The notes beneath the pieces are model-generated. The model did not search any database, was not told the DNA's origin, and was given only the letters and a program-made list of their open reading frames with translations. A DNA stretch of 63,918 nt, filler included, from Acidimicrobiia bacterium (GTDB lineage: Bacteria; Actinomycetota; Acidimicrobiia; Spongiisociales; CAZKJJ01): assembly GCA_046759765.1 (NCBI GenBank). It is 7 parts of 7 records of this genome, joined end to end, with 100 filler letters (N's around TTAATTAATTAA, not from the genome) between each part and the next. Parts side by side here need not be neighbours in the genome. Positions count along the whole stretch, not along the records: positions 9,410 to 18,695 come from JBHICV010000096.1; positions 18,796 to 28,062 come from JBHICV010000097.1; 5 more parts are not named here. One strand, given 5' to 3'. The position numbers and the translations under genes are program-made. Shown one piece after another: positions 10,326-19,504 of this stretch (positions within the stretch are counted from its first letter, which is position 1; each line of letters starts with the position of its first letter).

Positions 10326-11231
10326 CTATCCGTCCGTTCCCAGCTCCGCGTCCCGGCCCCAGAACTCGATCTCCTGGATGGCGAGCTCCAGGTAGGGCAC
10401 CTCCCCGTTGAAGGCTTGAGCCGGCCAGGTGCTGACCACCTCGATCGTGACTCTGGTAGTGCGAACGCTCTGAAACGACACGCGTTGCTCACCGGGTACG
10501 TCCTCGAGCTCGCCGGGCAAAGGCTGATCGGGCAGATCGTCGGCTGTTATCAGGAATCCGCGGACCCGGAAGTTACGGAAGAAAAGCTCGTCGTCCTGGT
10601 AGTGGGCGACATTGACCCAGTGAATCTCCACCGGGGAGATGAACGTGAACGTTATCGACGCGTCCTTTCCTCCGAGCGAGTCGTCGTTCCAGGCGGTCGT
10701 CGGATCACGGTCGGTGAGGTTCTCGGGGCTCCACTTCTCTCCGAGGCTGCTCGATGCGGTCACCGTGAGGGGCGTTATCAGACGTGCTCTTCCACGGCTC
10801 GTTGTCGTAGTGGCAGCAATGGTGGTCTGCGCCGCCGAAGGCTCCTCCTCCCCACCGAATGCCCGAAAGACGAAAGCCGCTACCACGACCAGAAGAATCA
10901 CCACAAACGCAGCTACGAGTGCCCTGGCTCCCGCACTGGAACGGAGGAGCGGAGGCGGAGCCACGGGAAGCATCTCCTGGCTTAGGCGGGCTCCGCATTC
11001 CTCACAGTGGCGATTGTGAGCCGGATTGGCCGCGCCGCAAGACGGGCAAGACACGTAGTCGACGTCCTGTGGGACTGGCGTTATCGGCTCATCCTGAGAG
11101 GGAGGGCCTTCGTCGAGGCTGAACTCCTCGAACATGTCGTCGCCGAGCGGATCGACCCATTGCCCACACTCGGGACAGAACTGCGAGTCTTCAAATGAAG
11201 CTCCGCAGTTCGAGCAGGTGTGTTGGGTCAA
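10326..11231 (-). CDS. Zinc-ribbon membrane protein with C-terminal discoidin-like domain
   Basis: Two CxxC..CxxC ribbons, one TM helix, ASS..ENLTDRDPTTAW motif; GGAGG before TTG. Confidence 0.75.
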   Translation of the reverse strand: MTQHTCSNCGASFEDSQFCPECGQWVDPLGDDMFEEFSLDEGPPSQDEPITPVPQDVDYVSCPSCGAANPAHNRHCEECGARLSQEMLPVAPPPLLRSSAGARALVAAFVVILLVVVAAFVFRAFGGEEEPSAAQTTIAATTTTSRGRARLITPLTVTASSSLGEKWSPENLTDRDPTTAWNDDSLGGKDASITFTFISPVEIHWVNVAHYQDDELFFRNFRVRGFLITADDLPDQPLPGELEDVPGEQRVSFQSVRTTRVTIEVVSTWPAQAFNGEVPYLELAIQEIEFWGRDAELGTDG

Positions 11232-11309
11232 GACTCCTCCGTGGACGCTCGGTATTGTGCCACGCCCATGATGCTGGGGGACATCCGCCAAGCAGAGCCC
11301 TGGACGTTT

Positions 11310-11393
11310 ATGAACATCCTGGGCCTCATCGTTCTGATAGCCATTGTGGCCGTGGTGATATGGCTGATCCTCCGTGTCATTGCCCGCAAATAA
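11310..11393 (+). CDS. 27-aa single-TM small protein (MNILGLIVLIAIVAVVIWLILRVIARK)
   Basis: Translated by hand; hydrophobic helix with basic C-terminus; fills gap upstream of disA. Confidence 0.55.
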   Translation: MNILGLIVLIAIVAVVIWLILRVIARK

Positions 11394-11458
11394 CGTCGCA
11401 AGCCTGTCCGTCGTTCCGCATGAACCGACGTCAAGGCCACGAGTAGCCTACGGCCGGA

Positions 11459-12511
11459 ATGAACCGGCTCACGATGCACGAGGCTCTCGAGCGAGTAGCA
11501 CCGGGCACGCCTCTTCGCCGGGCTTTCGAGCGGATCATCCAACAAGGCAACGGCGCCTTACTCGTGCTGGGCAACGGCCCTGAAGTTGTCGCATTGTGCA
11601 ATGGAGGCTTCGTGCTCGACGGCGTCGATTTCGCACCGGCCCGGCTGGCCGAGCTGGCCAAGATGGACGGAGCGATCATCCTCGATGACGAGTGTCAGCG
11701 TGTGTTGAGAGTGAACGTCCATCTGACGCCTTCTACAGACATACCGACCAGGGAAACGGGCGCTAGGCACCGCACTGCAGAGCGCGTGGCCCGGCAAGCG
11801 GACACCGCGGTCGTAGCGATCAGCGAGACACGACGAATCGCCACTCTGTATCTCGGAGATGAGCGCCAAGAGCTGCAGCTACCCACCGAGGTGGGAGCCC
11901 GCGTCAACCAGTCGCTGCAGACGCTCGAGCGGTTTCGGCGGCGACTCGACGAGGCCGTCGAACGTCTGACGAGATACGAGGTGACGGATGTAGTCGTTTA
12001 TCGCAATGTCCTCGAGGTGCTCCAGCGTGCAGAAATGGTTCGAAGAATGGGCGTTGACATCGCAGAAGAGGCGGTGGCGCTCGGTCGGGAGGGCGAGCTG
12101 GTCAACCTCCAGCTCGCAGACCTAACCCAAGGAATCGACGAGACCACTCAGCTGGTGCTCCGCGATTACGTCCGGGGCCGGGGCCGAAGGCCGGAGAAAG
12201 CTCTCGCCACGCTCCAAGCATTGTCGACCGACGAGTTATCTGATCCGGAGCGCCTGGCGACGAACCTGCGCCTCGGCCATCCGGATTCGTCGGCCGAGCC
12301 TCTTGGCTATCGCCTCCTTGCCCAAGTGCCCAGGCTTCCGACGAACGTGCAGGAAGCATTGGTGCAGAGGTTCAACGGTCTGCACGGTATGGTCGAGGCG
12401 TCGGTAGATGACTTCGACTCGGTCGCCGGCGTGGGTTCGACGAGAGCAGGCCAGCTGCGTAGCTACTTCGATCGTCTCGGGGCGGCATCCCACGGTTGGG
12501 AAGGTTCTTAG
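11459..12511 (+). CDS. disA: DNA integrity scanning diadenylate cyclase
   Basis: VAPGTPLR, AKMDGAIIL, GARHRTAERVA, C-terminal HhH. Confidence 0.95.
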   Translation: MNRLTMHEALERVAPGTPLRRAFERIIQQGNGALLVLGNGPEVVALCNGGFVLDGVDFAPARLAELAKMDGAIILDDECQRVLRVNVHLTPSTDIPTRETGARHRTAERVARQADTAVVAISETRRIATLYLGDERQELQLPTEVGARVNQSLQTLERFRRRLDEAVERLTRYEVTDVVVYRNVLEVLQRAEMVRRMGVDIAEEAVALGREGELVNLQLADLTQGIDETTQLVLRDYVRGRGRRPEKALATLQALSTDELSDPERLATNLRLGHPDSSAEPLGYRLLAQVPRLPTNVQEALVQRFNGLHGMVEASVDDFDSVAGVGSTRAGQLRSYFDRLGAASHGWEGS

Positions 12512-12562
12512 GAGCTCTGACGGCTGCTTCGGTTCGGTACACTCGTGATCGGTAGGTGATCA

Positions 12563-13420
12563 ATGGCAACCAAGAGCAGCAAGGCCGCGTCCAAGAGCAA
12601 GTCCACGTCGGAAGCAAAGAAGGTACCGGCGAAGAAGACCAGCGGGAAGAAGACAACGAAGAAGGCCACCGCCAGGAAGCCGGCTGCGAAGAAGACGACA
12701 GCTAAGAAGCCGGCGGCGAAGAAGACGACAGCTAAGAAGCCGGCGGCGAAGAAAACGACAGCTAAGAAACCGGCGGCGAAGAAAACGACAGCTAAGAAGC
12801 CGGCGGCGAAGAAAACGACAGCTAAGAAGCCGGCGGCGAAGAAGGCTCCGGCGAAGAAGAGCGCCGCCAAAACGGCAGCCAAGAGGCCTCCTACCAAAAA
12901 GACCAGCAAGAAGAAGGCGCCGGCGTACGGCGTTGGCGACCGGGTCGTGCACCCCCACCACGGCGCCGCCACGATCGTCAAGAAGACCCGCCAGGTCGTT
13001 GATGGCTCCCGTAAGGATTACTTCGAGCTCGAGATCGCCACTGATCAGCTGACTGTGTATGTCCCGATTGACAAGATCGATGTGGCGATTCGACCCGTCA
13101 TCTCCCAAAACCAGGCTCGAAAGGTTTTTTCGCTGTTCAAGGACGAACCGCAAGAGGCAGGCGCCAATTGGAGCCGCTGGTACAAGGTCCTCAATGAGAA
13201 GATGACGAGCGGCGATATCTATCAGGTGGCAGAAGTAGTAAGAGACCTCACCTTCGCCCAGCAGACCAAGGGCATCTCGCCTGCCCTGAAGCGAATGCTC
13301 TCTCGGGCCAGGCTGACCCTCACGAGCGAGCTTCAGTTCGCGCTCGACATCTCGGAAGAAGACGCCGTCAAGCGGCTGGATCGAGCACTGCCAAAGGTCG
13401 AGGTCGTCGAGACCGAATAA
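12563..13420 (+). CDS. carD: CarD family regulator with N-terminal Lys/Ala-rich histone-like extension
   Basis: YGVGDRVVHPHHGAA, NWSRWYK, SGDIYQVAEVVRDL; position upstream of ispD-ispF. Confidence 0.9.
   Translation: MATKSSKAASKSKSTSEAKKVPAKKTSGKKTTKKATARKPAAKKTTAKKPAAKKTTAKKPAAKKTTAKKPAAKKTTAKKPAAKKTTAKKPAAKKAPAKKSAAKTAAKRPPTKKTSKKKAPAYGVGDRVVHPHHGAATIVKKTRQVVDGSRKDYFELEIATDQLTVYVPIDKIDVAIRPVISQNQARKVFSLFKDEPQEAGANWSRWYKVLNEKMTSGDIYQVAEVVRDLTFAQQTKGISPALKRMLSRARLTLTSELQFALDISEEDAVKRLDRALPKVEVVETE
12659..12868 (+). repeat. 30-bp coding tandem repeat (KKTTAKKPAA x5 plus two degenerate units)
   Basis: Unit AAGAA(G/A)ACGACAGCTAAGAAGCCGGCGGCG repeated in frame. Confidence 0.95.
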
Positions 13421-13429
13421 GAGGGAGTC

Positions 13430-14479
13430 GTGCTCGTAGAAGCAGTGCGCCTCCTGATCACGTTGACCGCCACTGCCATTGGCCTCGCGATCGGTAACGC
13501 GGCAGGAGAGGGTGACACCAGCAGCGCTCCCATTCTCGGCGCGGTTATCGGCGCCGGAATCGGGTATGTGTTAGGCGGAGCCGTTGGTCGCGCCATCCGC
13601 AGCCGGCTCGACCAGGCTCCTCAACGCTTCGCTCCCAACCGATCAGGCTCGGAGCTATTTGCCGGAGCGTTCGGCTTACTCATCGGTCTCGTCTTCGGCG
13701 TAGTCGTGGCCGTTCCCCTTGTGATCTTTCTCCCCCCGATGGTGGGTTGGTCCCTCGGGGCACTGGTTGTCCTTCTCGCCACCGCCTTCGCGGCCCGGCT
13801 GTTCGAATCAAGAGCGGAGGATCTGGTGGGGGCGGCAGGACTTCGCGCCAGGCAGCCGCTCGTGACCAAGAGCCTCAACGGCGATGGCGCCGGATACATG
13901 CTCGACTCCTCCGCCGCCATCGACGGAAGGGTGCTGGAGCTTGCCCGCGCCGGTCTCGTCCAAGGGCGGCTGTGGGTGCCGGTGCTCATGCTCGATGAGC
14001 TGCAAGCTTTGGCCGACGCCGCGGAGGTCAGTCGGAGGCGCCGCGGCCGCCGCGGGCTCGATGTCGTGCACGCGCTGGGGGACGTGCCTGGACTCGAAGT
14101 GGCGGTTTTGGAGGAAACGGTGCCTGAGTTCGAGGACGTCGATGCCAAGCTGGTCGCGCTAGCCGATCGCGCGTCGGCATCGCTCATAACCACGGACCAC
14201 AATCTGAGCCGCAATGCCGAGGCGCGGGGCATTCGGGTCCTGAACCCCCAGTCGGTGGCCGAGTTGCTGCGGTCCCCCGTTTCCGTAGGCGACCACCTGG
14301 TGGTGCCGCTCAGCCGTTCCGGAACCGAGCCGGGACAAGCGGTCGGCTACCTCGAAGATGGCACCATGGTGGTGGTAGACAGCGGCACCGAATCGATCGG
14401 TCGGGAGGTGGCCGTAGAGGTGATAGGCGCAACACGAACCTCGGTGGGGAGGATGCTCTTCGCCCGACTCGACGAATGA
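13430..14479 (+). CDS. PIN/TRAM domain membrane protein (YacL-like)
   Basis: TM N-terminus, LDSSAAIDGR, RRRRGRRGLD, GQAVGYLEDGTMVVV. Confidence 0.92.
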   Translation: MLVEAVRLLITLTATAIGLAIGNAAGEGDTSSAPILGAVIGAGIGYVLGGAVGRAIRSRLDQAPQRFAPNRSGSELFAGAFGLLIGLVFGVVVAVPLVIFLPPMVGWSLGALVVLLATAFAARLFESRAEDLVGAAGLRARQPLVTKSLNGDGAGYMLDSSAAIDGRVLELARAGLVQGRLWVPVLMLDELQALADAAEVSRRRRGRRGLDVVHALGDVPGLEVAVLEETVPEFEDVDAKLVALADRASASLITTDHNLSRNAEARGIRVLNPQSVAELLRSPVSVGDHLVVPLSRSGTEPGQAVGYLEDGTMVVVDSGTESIGREVAVEVIGATRTSVGRMLFARLDE

Positions 14480-15081
14480 CCGCTTGGGGGGTCGTAGTGG
14501 CGGCTGGGGAGGGCCGCCGGTTCGGAGCTCCGAAGGCGAGCATCGAAATGGCGGGTCGCCAGCTCTGGCAATGGGCGCGGCAGGCACTGCTGGACGGTGG
14601 CTGCGTCGACGTTGTCGTCGTTGGTCCGGTCCAGGGTGGCATTCCCGGAGGGAACCGCCGGCGTGACTCCGTGGCGGCAGGGCTTGCCGCAGTACCCGAG
14701 GTCGAGTTTGTGCTCGTCCATGATGCAGCAAGACCGGTTGCCTCGTCCCAGCTGACGGAGCGCGTCTTGCGGCGGCTGCAGCGGGGAGATGCGGATGCCG
14801 TGGTTCCCGCGATCCCGCTAGCCGACACCGTGAAGGAGATCGAGGACGAGCGCGTACGTAGGACTCCGAACCGAGCGACGCTTCTGGCGGTGCAAACCCC
14901 GCAGGGCTTTCGAAGGTCGAGGCTGATCGAGGCACACGCGGCGACCTCGGAAGAGGCTTCCGACGATGCAGTTCTCATAGAACGCATAGGGGGAGTCGTC
15001 GCAGTGGTTGAGGGGGAGGTCGGCAACATCAAGATCACCTATCCGACGGACCTACAGATGGCGGAGGCTCTACTCACATGA
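14476..15081 (+). CDS. ispD: 2-C-methyl-D-erythritol 4-phosphate cytidylyltransferase
   Basis: AAGEGRRFG, VLVHDAARP, VQTPQGF, NIKITYP. Confidence 0.95.
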   Translation: MTAWGVVVAAGEGRRFGAPKASIEMAGRQLWQWARQALLDGGCVDVVVVGPVQGGIPGGNRRRDSVAAGLAAVPEVEFVLVHDAARPVASSQLTERVLRRLQRGDADAVVPAIPLADTVKEIEDERVRRTPNRATLLAVQTPQGFRRSRLIEAHAATSEEASDDAVLIERIGGVVAVVEGEVGNIKITYPTDLQMAEALLT

Positions 15082-15554
15082 GGGTAGGTCAAGGCTATGA
15101 CGCCCATTCCTTCGGGGGAACACCTCCGGTTGTCCTGGCCGGGATCACTGTTGACTCGGAACGAGGCGTTATAGCCACCTCCGACGGTGATGTAGTCGCC
15201 CACGCGGTAACGGATGCTGTCTTAGGTGCCGGGGCGCTGGGTGACCTTGGCGAGTGGTTTCCGTCAGACGACCCGGCCTCGGAGGGAGCCGACAGCATGG
15301 CCATCCTCCGTCTCGCTTGGGAGGAAGTTCGGCAAGCAGGCTTCGCCGTTTCCTCGCTCGATGTGACGGTGGTCGCGGAGACCGTGCGGGTGGCGCCTCA
15401 CCGGAGCGCGATGCGGAAAGCGCTAGCGGAGGCCTTGGAGTTGCCTGCGGCGGCGGTGTCGGTGAAAGCGACCTCGACGGACGGGCTGGGCTTCGTGGGC
15501 CGCGACGAGGGAATAGCCGCCCTGGCCGTAGCCGTCCTGGAGGAAACCTCTTAA
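15078..15554 (+). CDS. ispF: 2-C-methyl-D-erythritol 2,4-cyclodiphosphate synthase
   Basis: RVGQGYDAH, SDGDVVAHAVTDAVLGA, VSVKATS. Confidence 0.95.
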   Translation: MRVGQGYDAHSFGGTPPVVLAGITVDSERGVIATSDGDVVAHAVTDAVLGAGALGDLGEWFPSDDPASEGADSMAILRLAWEEVRQAGFAVSSLDVTVVAETVRVAPHRSAMRKALAEALELPAAAVSVKATSTDGLGFVGRDEGIAALAVAVLEETS

Positions 15555-15590
15555 GGCGAGGCTCGCGGGCCGCCACTTACAATCGCCCCG

Positions 15591-16991
15591 ATGCGCGTTT
15601 TCAACACCCTGGGTCGCCGGCTCCAGACGTTGGAGCCACGCGAGGAGGGCAAGATCTCGATGTACGTCTGCGGTGCGACTGTGCAATCGGAGCCCCATCT
15701 TGGCCACGGTCGCTATGCGGTCGTATTCGATGTCGTCCGTCGTTACTTGGAATGGCAAGGATTCGAGGTCACCTACATCCGCAATATCACCGACGTCGAG
15801 GACAAGATCATCCAAGCGGCCCGCGAGCGCGGAGTGGACGTGTCGGATCTGGTGCCGGAGATGATCAGGCGCTGGGACGAGGCTTATAGCGCGCTGGGCG
15901 TAATGCCGCCGACGGTCGAGCCAAAAGCCACCGATCACATCGACGGGATGATCGCCCTGATCTCCGACCTGATCGAGCGGGACTTGGCCTATCAGGCCAA
16001 CGGGGATGTGTACTTCGCGGTGCGTGAGTTCGAGCCTTACGGGCGTCTATCCGGCCAGAGTCTCGACGACCTCATCTCCGGAGCGCGCGTCGAGCCGGGC
16101 GAGCACAAGCGCGATCCCTTGGACTTCGCGCTCTGGAAGGCGGCTAAGCCAGGTGAGCCGCAGTGGGATTCACCCTGGGGCCAGGGCCGTCCCGGTTGGC
16201 ACATCGAATGCTCAGCGATGTCGCTCCACTATCTCGGCGAGGGTTTCGATATCCATGGCGGTGGCTCCGACCTCATCTTCCCGCACCACGAGAACGAGAT
16301 TGCGCAAGCTGAGGGCGCCGGGTCCCGGTTCGCCCGGTACTGGCTCCACAACGGGCTGCTTTCGCTGTCGGGGGAGAAGATGGCCAAGTCCACGGGCGTC
16401 CTCATCGATCTGCAGACGGCATTGCATCGGTACCCCGCCATGGGAATCAGGCTGTTCTATCTGCGAGCCCATTATCGGACTCCGCTCGAGTTCTCGGAGG
16501 CGCAGCTGGAGGATGCCGTCGCCGCGTATCAGCGGCTGTGGGCGTTTCGGCGTCGTGTGGGTGACGAGCTGTCCGCGGATTCGGACACCGAGGCGCTGGA
16601 GCGCTTCCGCGCGGCGATGAACGACGACTTCAATACTCCCGAAGCTCTGAGCGTCTTGTTCGATGTAGTCCGCGAAGGAAACCGGTCTCTCGACGCCGGC
16701 CAGGATGCAGATGCGTGGGCGGCAACGTTTGACGAGGTCTCCGGAGTCCTCGGACTCGAACCGCCGATCGGGAGAATCGAGGACATCGAGGACCAGCTCA
16801 ACGAGCTCGCTGATGAGTTCGGAATTGCGTCCGCGGATCCCGAGACCGTGGTCGAGGGACTGCTGACCAGACGTGAGGCGGCTCGCGACGAGGCTCGCTT
16901 CGAGGAGTCGGACGAGCTAAGAAGTCGGCTCGAGAGCCTTGGCATCGCGGTCGAAGACACCCCAGATGGCCCCCGCTGGCATCGGCGATAG
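15591..16991 (+). CDS. cysS: Cysteine--tRNA ligase
   Basis: [32 protein letters not shown]. Confidence 0.97.
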   Translation: MRVFNTLGRRLQTLEPREEGKISMYVCGATVQSEPHLGHGRYAVVFDVVRRYLEWQGFEVTYIRNITDVEDKIIQAARERGVDVSDLVPEMIRRWDEAYSALGVMPPTVEPKATDHIDGMIALISDLIERDLAYQANGDVYFAVREFEPYGRLSGQSLDDLISGARVEPGEHKRDPLDFALWKAAKPGEPQWDSPWGQGRPGWHIECSAMSLHYLGEGFDIHGGGSDLIFPHHENEIAQAEGAGSRFARYWLHNGLLSLSGEKMAKSTGVLIDLQTALHRYPAMGIRLFYLRAHYRTPLEFSEAQLEDAVAAYQRLWAFRRRVGDELSADSDTEALERFRAAMNDDFNTPEALSVLFDVVREGNRSLDAGQDADAWAATFDEVSGVLGLEPPIGRIEDIEDQLNELADEFGIASADPETVVEGLLTRREAARDEARFEESDELRSRLESLGIAVEDTPDGPRWHRR

Positions 16992-17694
16992 GGTCGAGGG
17001 GCTGCACGCAGTTCGAGCCGCCGTGGCTGCCGGACGGGTGACGCACCTCTTTGTGTTGGAGGCGGTGGCGAAGAAGGAGACCGAGCTTCTGCAGGCGGTC
17101 CAGGCACGCGAGGGCGTAGTCGACGTGCTTGACGATCTCGCCGGTATCGCCGAGACGTCCGCTCCGCAGGGAGTGGTTGCGCGAGCTCGTCCGATCCCAA
17201 CCGTAGAACTGAGGGCTCTAGTAAAGGATCGCCCTGCCCTCGTGGTCCTCGATCATCTCGAGGATGTGGGAAACGTGGGAGCAATCGCCCGTACAGCAAC
17301 GGCCGCTGGCATGACTGGCATGGTGGTCGCCTCGCGCCGAGCGGCGCCCTTGGGACCGGGTGTCTTTAAGGCTTCAGCTGGCGCGCTCGAGTCCTTGCCC
17401 GTGGCGACCTTGTCGTCGGTGGCCGATGCAGTTGTGGAGCTGCGCGACGTAGGCATCTGGACAGTGGGTCTGGAGGCACGTGCCGAGGCGTCGATCTTTG
17501 GGCTGGAGCTGCTGGCCGAGCCGGTGGCGCTGATCATCGGAGCCGAGGGGAGCGGGCTCGCCCGGCTGGTGCGAGAGCGCGTCGACGTACTGGCACGGGT
17601 CCCCATGGCGACCGAGACCGAAAGCCTCAACGCCTCGGTGGCAGCGGCCATTGCTATGTACGAGGTGCTTCGGGTCCGGAGCGAACTCGACTAA
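16966..17694 (+). CDS. rlmB: 23S rRNA 2'-O-methyltransferase (TrmH/RlmB family)
   Basis: LDHLEDVGNVGAIAR, GAEGSG, ESLNASVAA; follows cysS. Confidence 0.88.
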   Translation: MAPAGIGDRVEGLHAVRAAVAAGRVTHLFVLEAVAKKETELLQAVQAREGVVDVLDDLAGIAETSAPQGVVARARPIPTVELRALVKDRPALVVLDHLEDVGNVGAIARTATAAGMTGMVVASRRAAPLGPGVFKASAGALESLPVATLSSVADAVVELRDVGIWTVGLEARAEASIFGLELLAEPVALIIGAEGSGLARLVRERVDVLARVPMATETESLNASVAAAIAMYEVLRVRSELD

Positions 17695-17956
17695 TCAGTT
17701 CCTCGTTCAGGGTCCGGCGCCCTAAGTTGTTATTGATCGCCGGGTCAGCTCAAAAGCAAAATCGTCAATTTGGGAAAAGCCACGGCGCGTAGGTTGCTGA
17801 CCCCGATGAAACCGGTTCCATGGGTATTGCCACCGGGCACGGCAGGCTTCCCATCAGTCCGAACAGATCGGTGAATTGCTGGTGACTCTGGAAGAGATGC
17901 TCGCGGAGTCCGCGTAAGGAGAGTTCAATGCCGACTGAGATACCCTCTGGTCAAAG

Positions 17957-18029
17957 GCCGGGTTAGCTCAGTTGGTAGAGCACTGCTCTTGTAAAGCAGA
18001 TGTCGCCGGTTCGAGTCCGGCACCCGGCT
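17957..18029 (+). tRNA. tRNA-Thr(TGT)
   Basis: Acceptor GCCGGGT/ACCCGGC, D-arm AGCTCAGTTGGTAGAGC, anticodon arm CTGCT-CTTGTAA-AGCAG, GGTTCGAGTCC. Confidence 0.97.
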
Positions 18030-18055
18030 CTGGATCTACCTGGGGTTTTGCCCGC

Positions 18056-18595
18056 TTAGCTGGCGGCTCCACCAGTTCCTGTCCACATTTTGTCCACACG
18101 CGACCGCTGCCAGACGTCATCGAGAGCGTCAGCGGCGGCCTCGTCGAGACCGTCGTACAGGTGTCCATAGACGTCGAGAGTGGTCTTGATGGACGTGTGG
18201 CCCAGCCGCTCCTGGATCACCTTCGGGTGCTGACCGTTGGCGATCAGCATCGCGGCATGGGAGTGGCGATGGTCATGGAACCTGACCCCATGCGGGGCAG
18301 GCGGTCTCCAAACTCGTCGGTAGAAGTTTGAGCGACGAGGCGGTCGGCCCTCTGCGCTCGAGAAGACGGAGGCGCTTGGAAAGCGCTTGATGTGGAAGGC
18401 CAGCTCGTCGACCAGGAACGCTGGCAGTTTGATAGTTCGCCGCGACGACTTTGTCTTGAGGATCGGGCTTAAGGTCAGCTCCCCCTTGACCTCTGTGAGT
18501 TGGTTGACAACTCGGAGCTGGCGATGAAGCAGGTTCAGATTGTCGACCGTTAGCCCGGTCACCTCCCCAAATCGGAGCCCCGTGTAGCCGGCGCC
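18056..18595 (-). pseudogene. Tyrosine integrase, catalytic domain only (N-terminus lost)
   Basis: YTGLRFGE, KTKSSRR, FHDHRHSHA, RLGHTSIKTTLDVYGH; directly downstream of tRNA-Thr; similarity stops at ~18595. Confidence 0.85.
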
Positions 18596-18597
18596 GA

Positions 18598-18625
18598 ATG
18601 CTCCATATCGGCACGTATCGAGCGG
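18598..18625 (+). repeat. Degenerate 28-bp dif-like site
   Basis: ATGCTCCATAT-CGGCAC-GTATCGAGCGG. Confidence 0.6.
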
Positions 18626-18634
18626 TCGCTTCAA

Positions 18635-18649
18635 CCCGCCCATATGTGC
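18635..18649 (+). repeat. Half of dif-like site abutting IS end
   Basis: CCCGCCCATAT-GTGC, then IS terminal TG. Confidence 0.7.
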
Positions 18650-18695
18650 TGCGGTCTCAGGGGGTCATTGCAACGTTTCGGCGAGTTTCTCTGAG
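18650..18695 (-). mobile_element. IS30-family right end (contig breaks inside the element)
   Basis: IR TGCGGTCTCAGGGGGTCATTGCAACG resembles IS30-type IRs; minus strand reads SEKLAETLQ* like an IS30 transposase C-terminus. Confidence 0.75.
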
Positions 18696-18795
18696 NNNNN
18701 NNNNNNNNNNNNNNNNNNNNNNNNNNNNNNNNNNNNNNNTTAATTAATTAANNNNNNNNNNNNNNNNNNNNNNNNNNNNNNNNNNNNNNNNNNNN
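18696..18795. other. Artificial contig linker
   Basis: N/TTAATTAATTAA/N. Confidence 0.99.
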
Positions 18796-19291
18796 TGATC
18801 GACCACCGGACGACCGGTGTCAGCCATGAGACGCCTTCTCGATCGGCCCACGGCCGCACTAGATCGGCCACCACCGAGGCAACTGCGCCGGCTACCAAAA
18901 TGACGATCGCTGCCACGAACACGAGTGGCAGATACGCGATCAGCTCTCTCAGCAGCGCGGTCAGTTCACCGATGTCCAGAGTCTCCGCAGCCAGTAGCAG
19001 CGTGATCAGGACCGCGATCCAGTAGACCAAAAGCGCCAGCAGCCCGGAGACGGTGTAGCCCGCGTCGGTCAAGGTCTCTCCCATACCGGCGCGTTCGAGC
19101 AGCTTGTCCAGACCGATCGCCTTGAAAATCCTCTCGAACACGCGTCGTAGGAATCTGGCGATCAACCAGCCGACAAGCAGGATGATTAGCGCACCGACCA
19201 ACTTCGGCGTGACCTCGACAATGGCCTCCCAGGCGTCGTCTAGACCCTGTTGGACCCCGTCGAAGAAGCCCTCCTGAGCAAGGAGCAGCAT
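18796..19291 (-). CDS. Conserved TM-helix protein (CmpX/mechanosensitive-channel-associated; 3'-truncated)
   Basis: PKLVGALIILLVGWLIARFL and LIAYLPLVFVAAIVILV repeats. Confidence 0.75.
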
Positions 19292-19350
19292 GCAAACCCC
19301 CTTCGTGGTTTCCCCTTAGACCGTACTCCGTCCTTTAGGGTTTCTCCGGC

Positions 19351-19457
19351 TTCTTGTGACGTTTCACGACCACATAGGTAGTCAGGAGTCACACAAACGA
19401 GGTGATTCTGTTCTCGTGGCGTTTCACGACCGCATAGGTAGCTAGGCGTCACAAGAA
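19351..19457. repeat. Two 43-bp direct repeats (60-bp period) bounded by an 11-bp inverted repeat
   Basis: 19351-19393 and 19411-19453 near-identical; ends TTCTTGTGACG / CGTCACAAGAA. Confidence 0.85.
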
Positions 19458-19504
19458 CCGCTCGCTACCGCCTATAGGTCGCTGGGCGATAGCCTTCCGG
19501 GGAC

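Noticed and set aside
12508..13153. Antisense ORFs with FFAAGFLAVV / RRRLLSC repeats
   Set aside because: Shadows of the carD Lys/Ala repeat.
17738..17805. tRNA-like start GCCGGGTCAGCTCA upstream of tRNA-Thr
   Set aside because: No anticodon arm or TTCG T-loop can be folded.
18056..18643. Intact 195-aa recombinase serving the array
   Set aside because: The upstream ATG reads through repeat DNA, the core-binding domain is missing and the usual HDLRH reads HDHRH; treated as a remnant.
19351..19457. Mini-CRISPR
   Set aside because: Only two imperfect repeats, 17-bp gap, no cas genes or leader.
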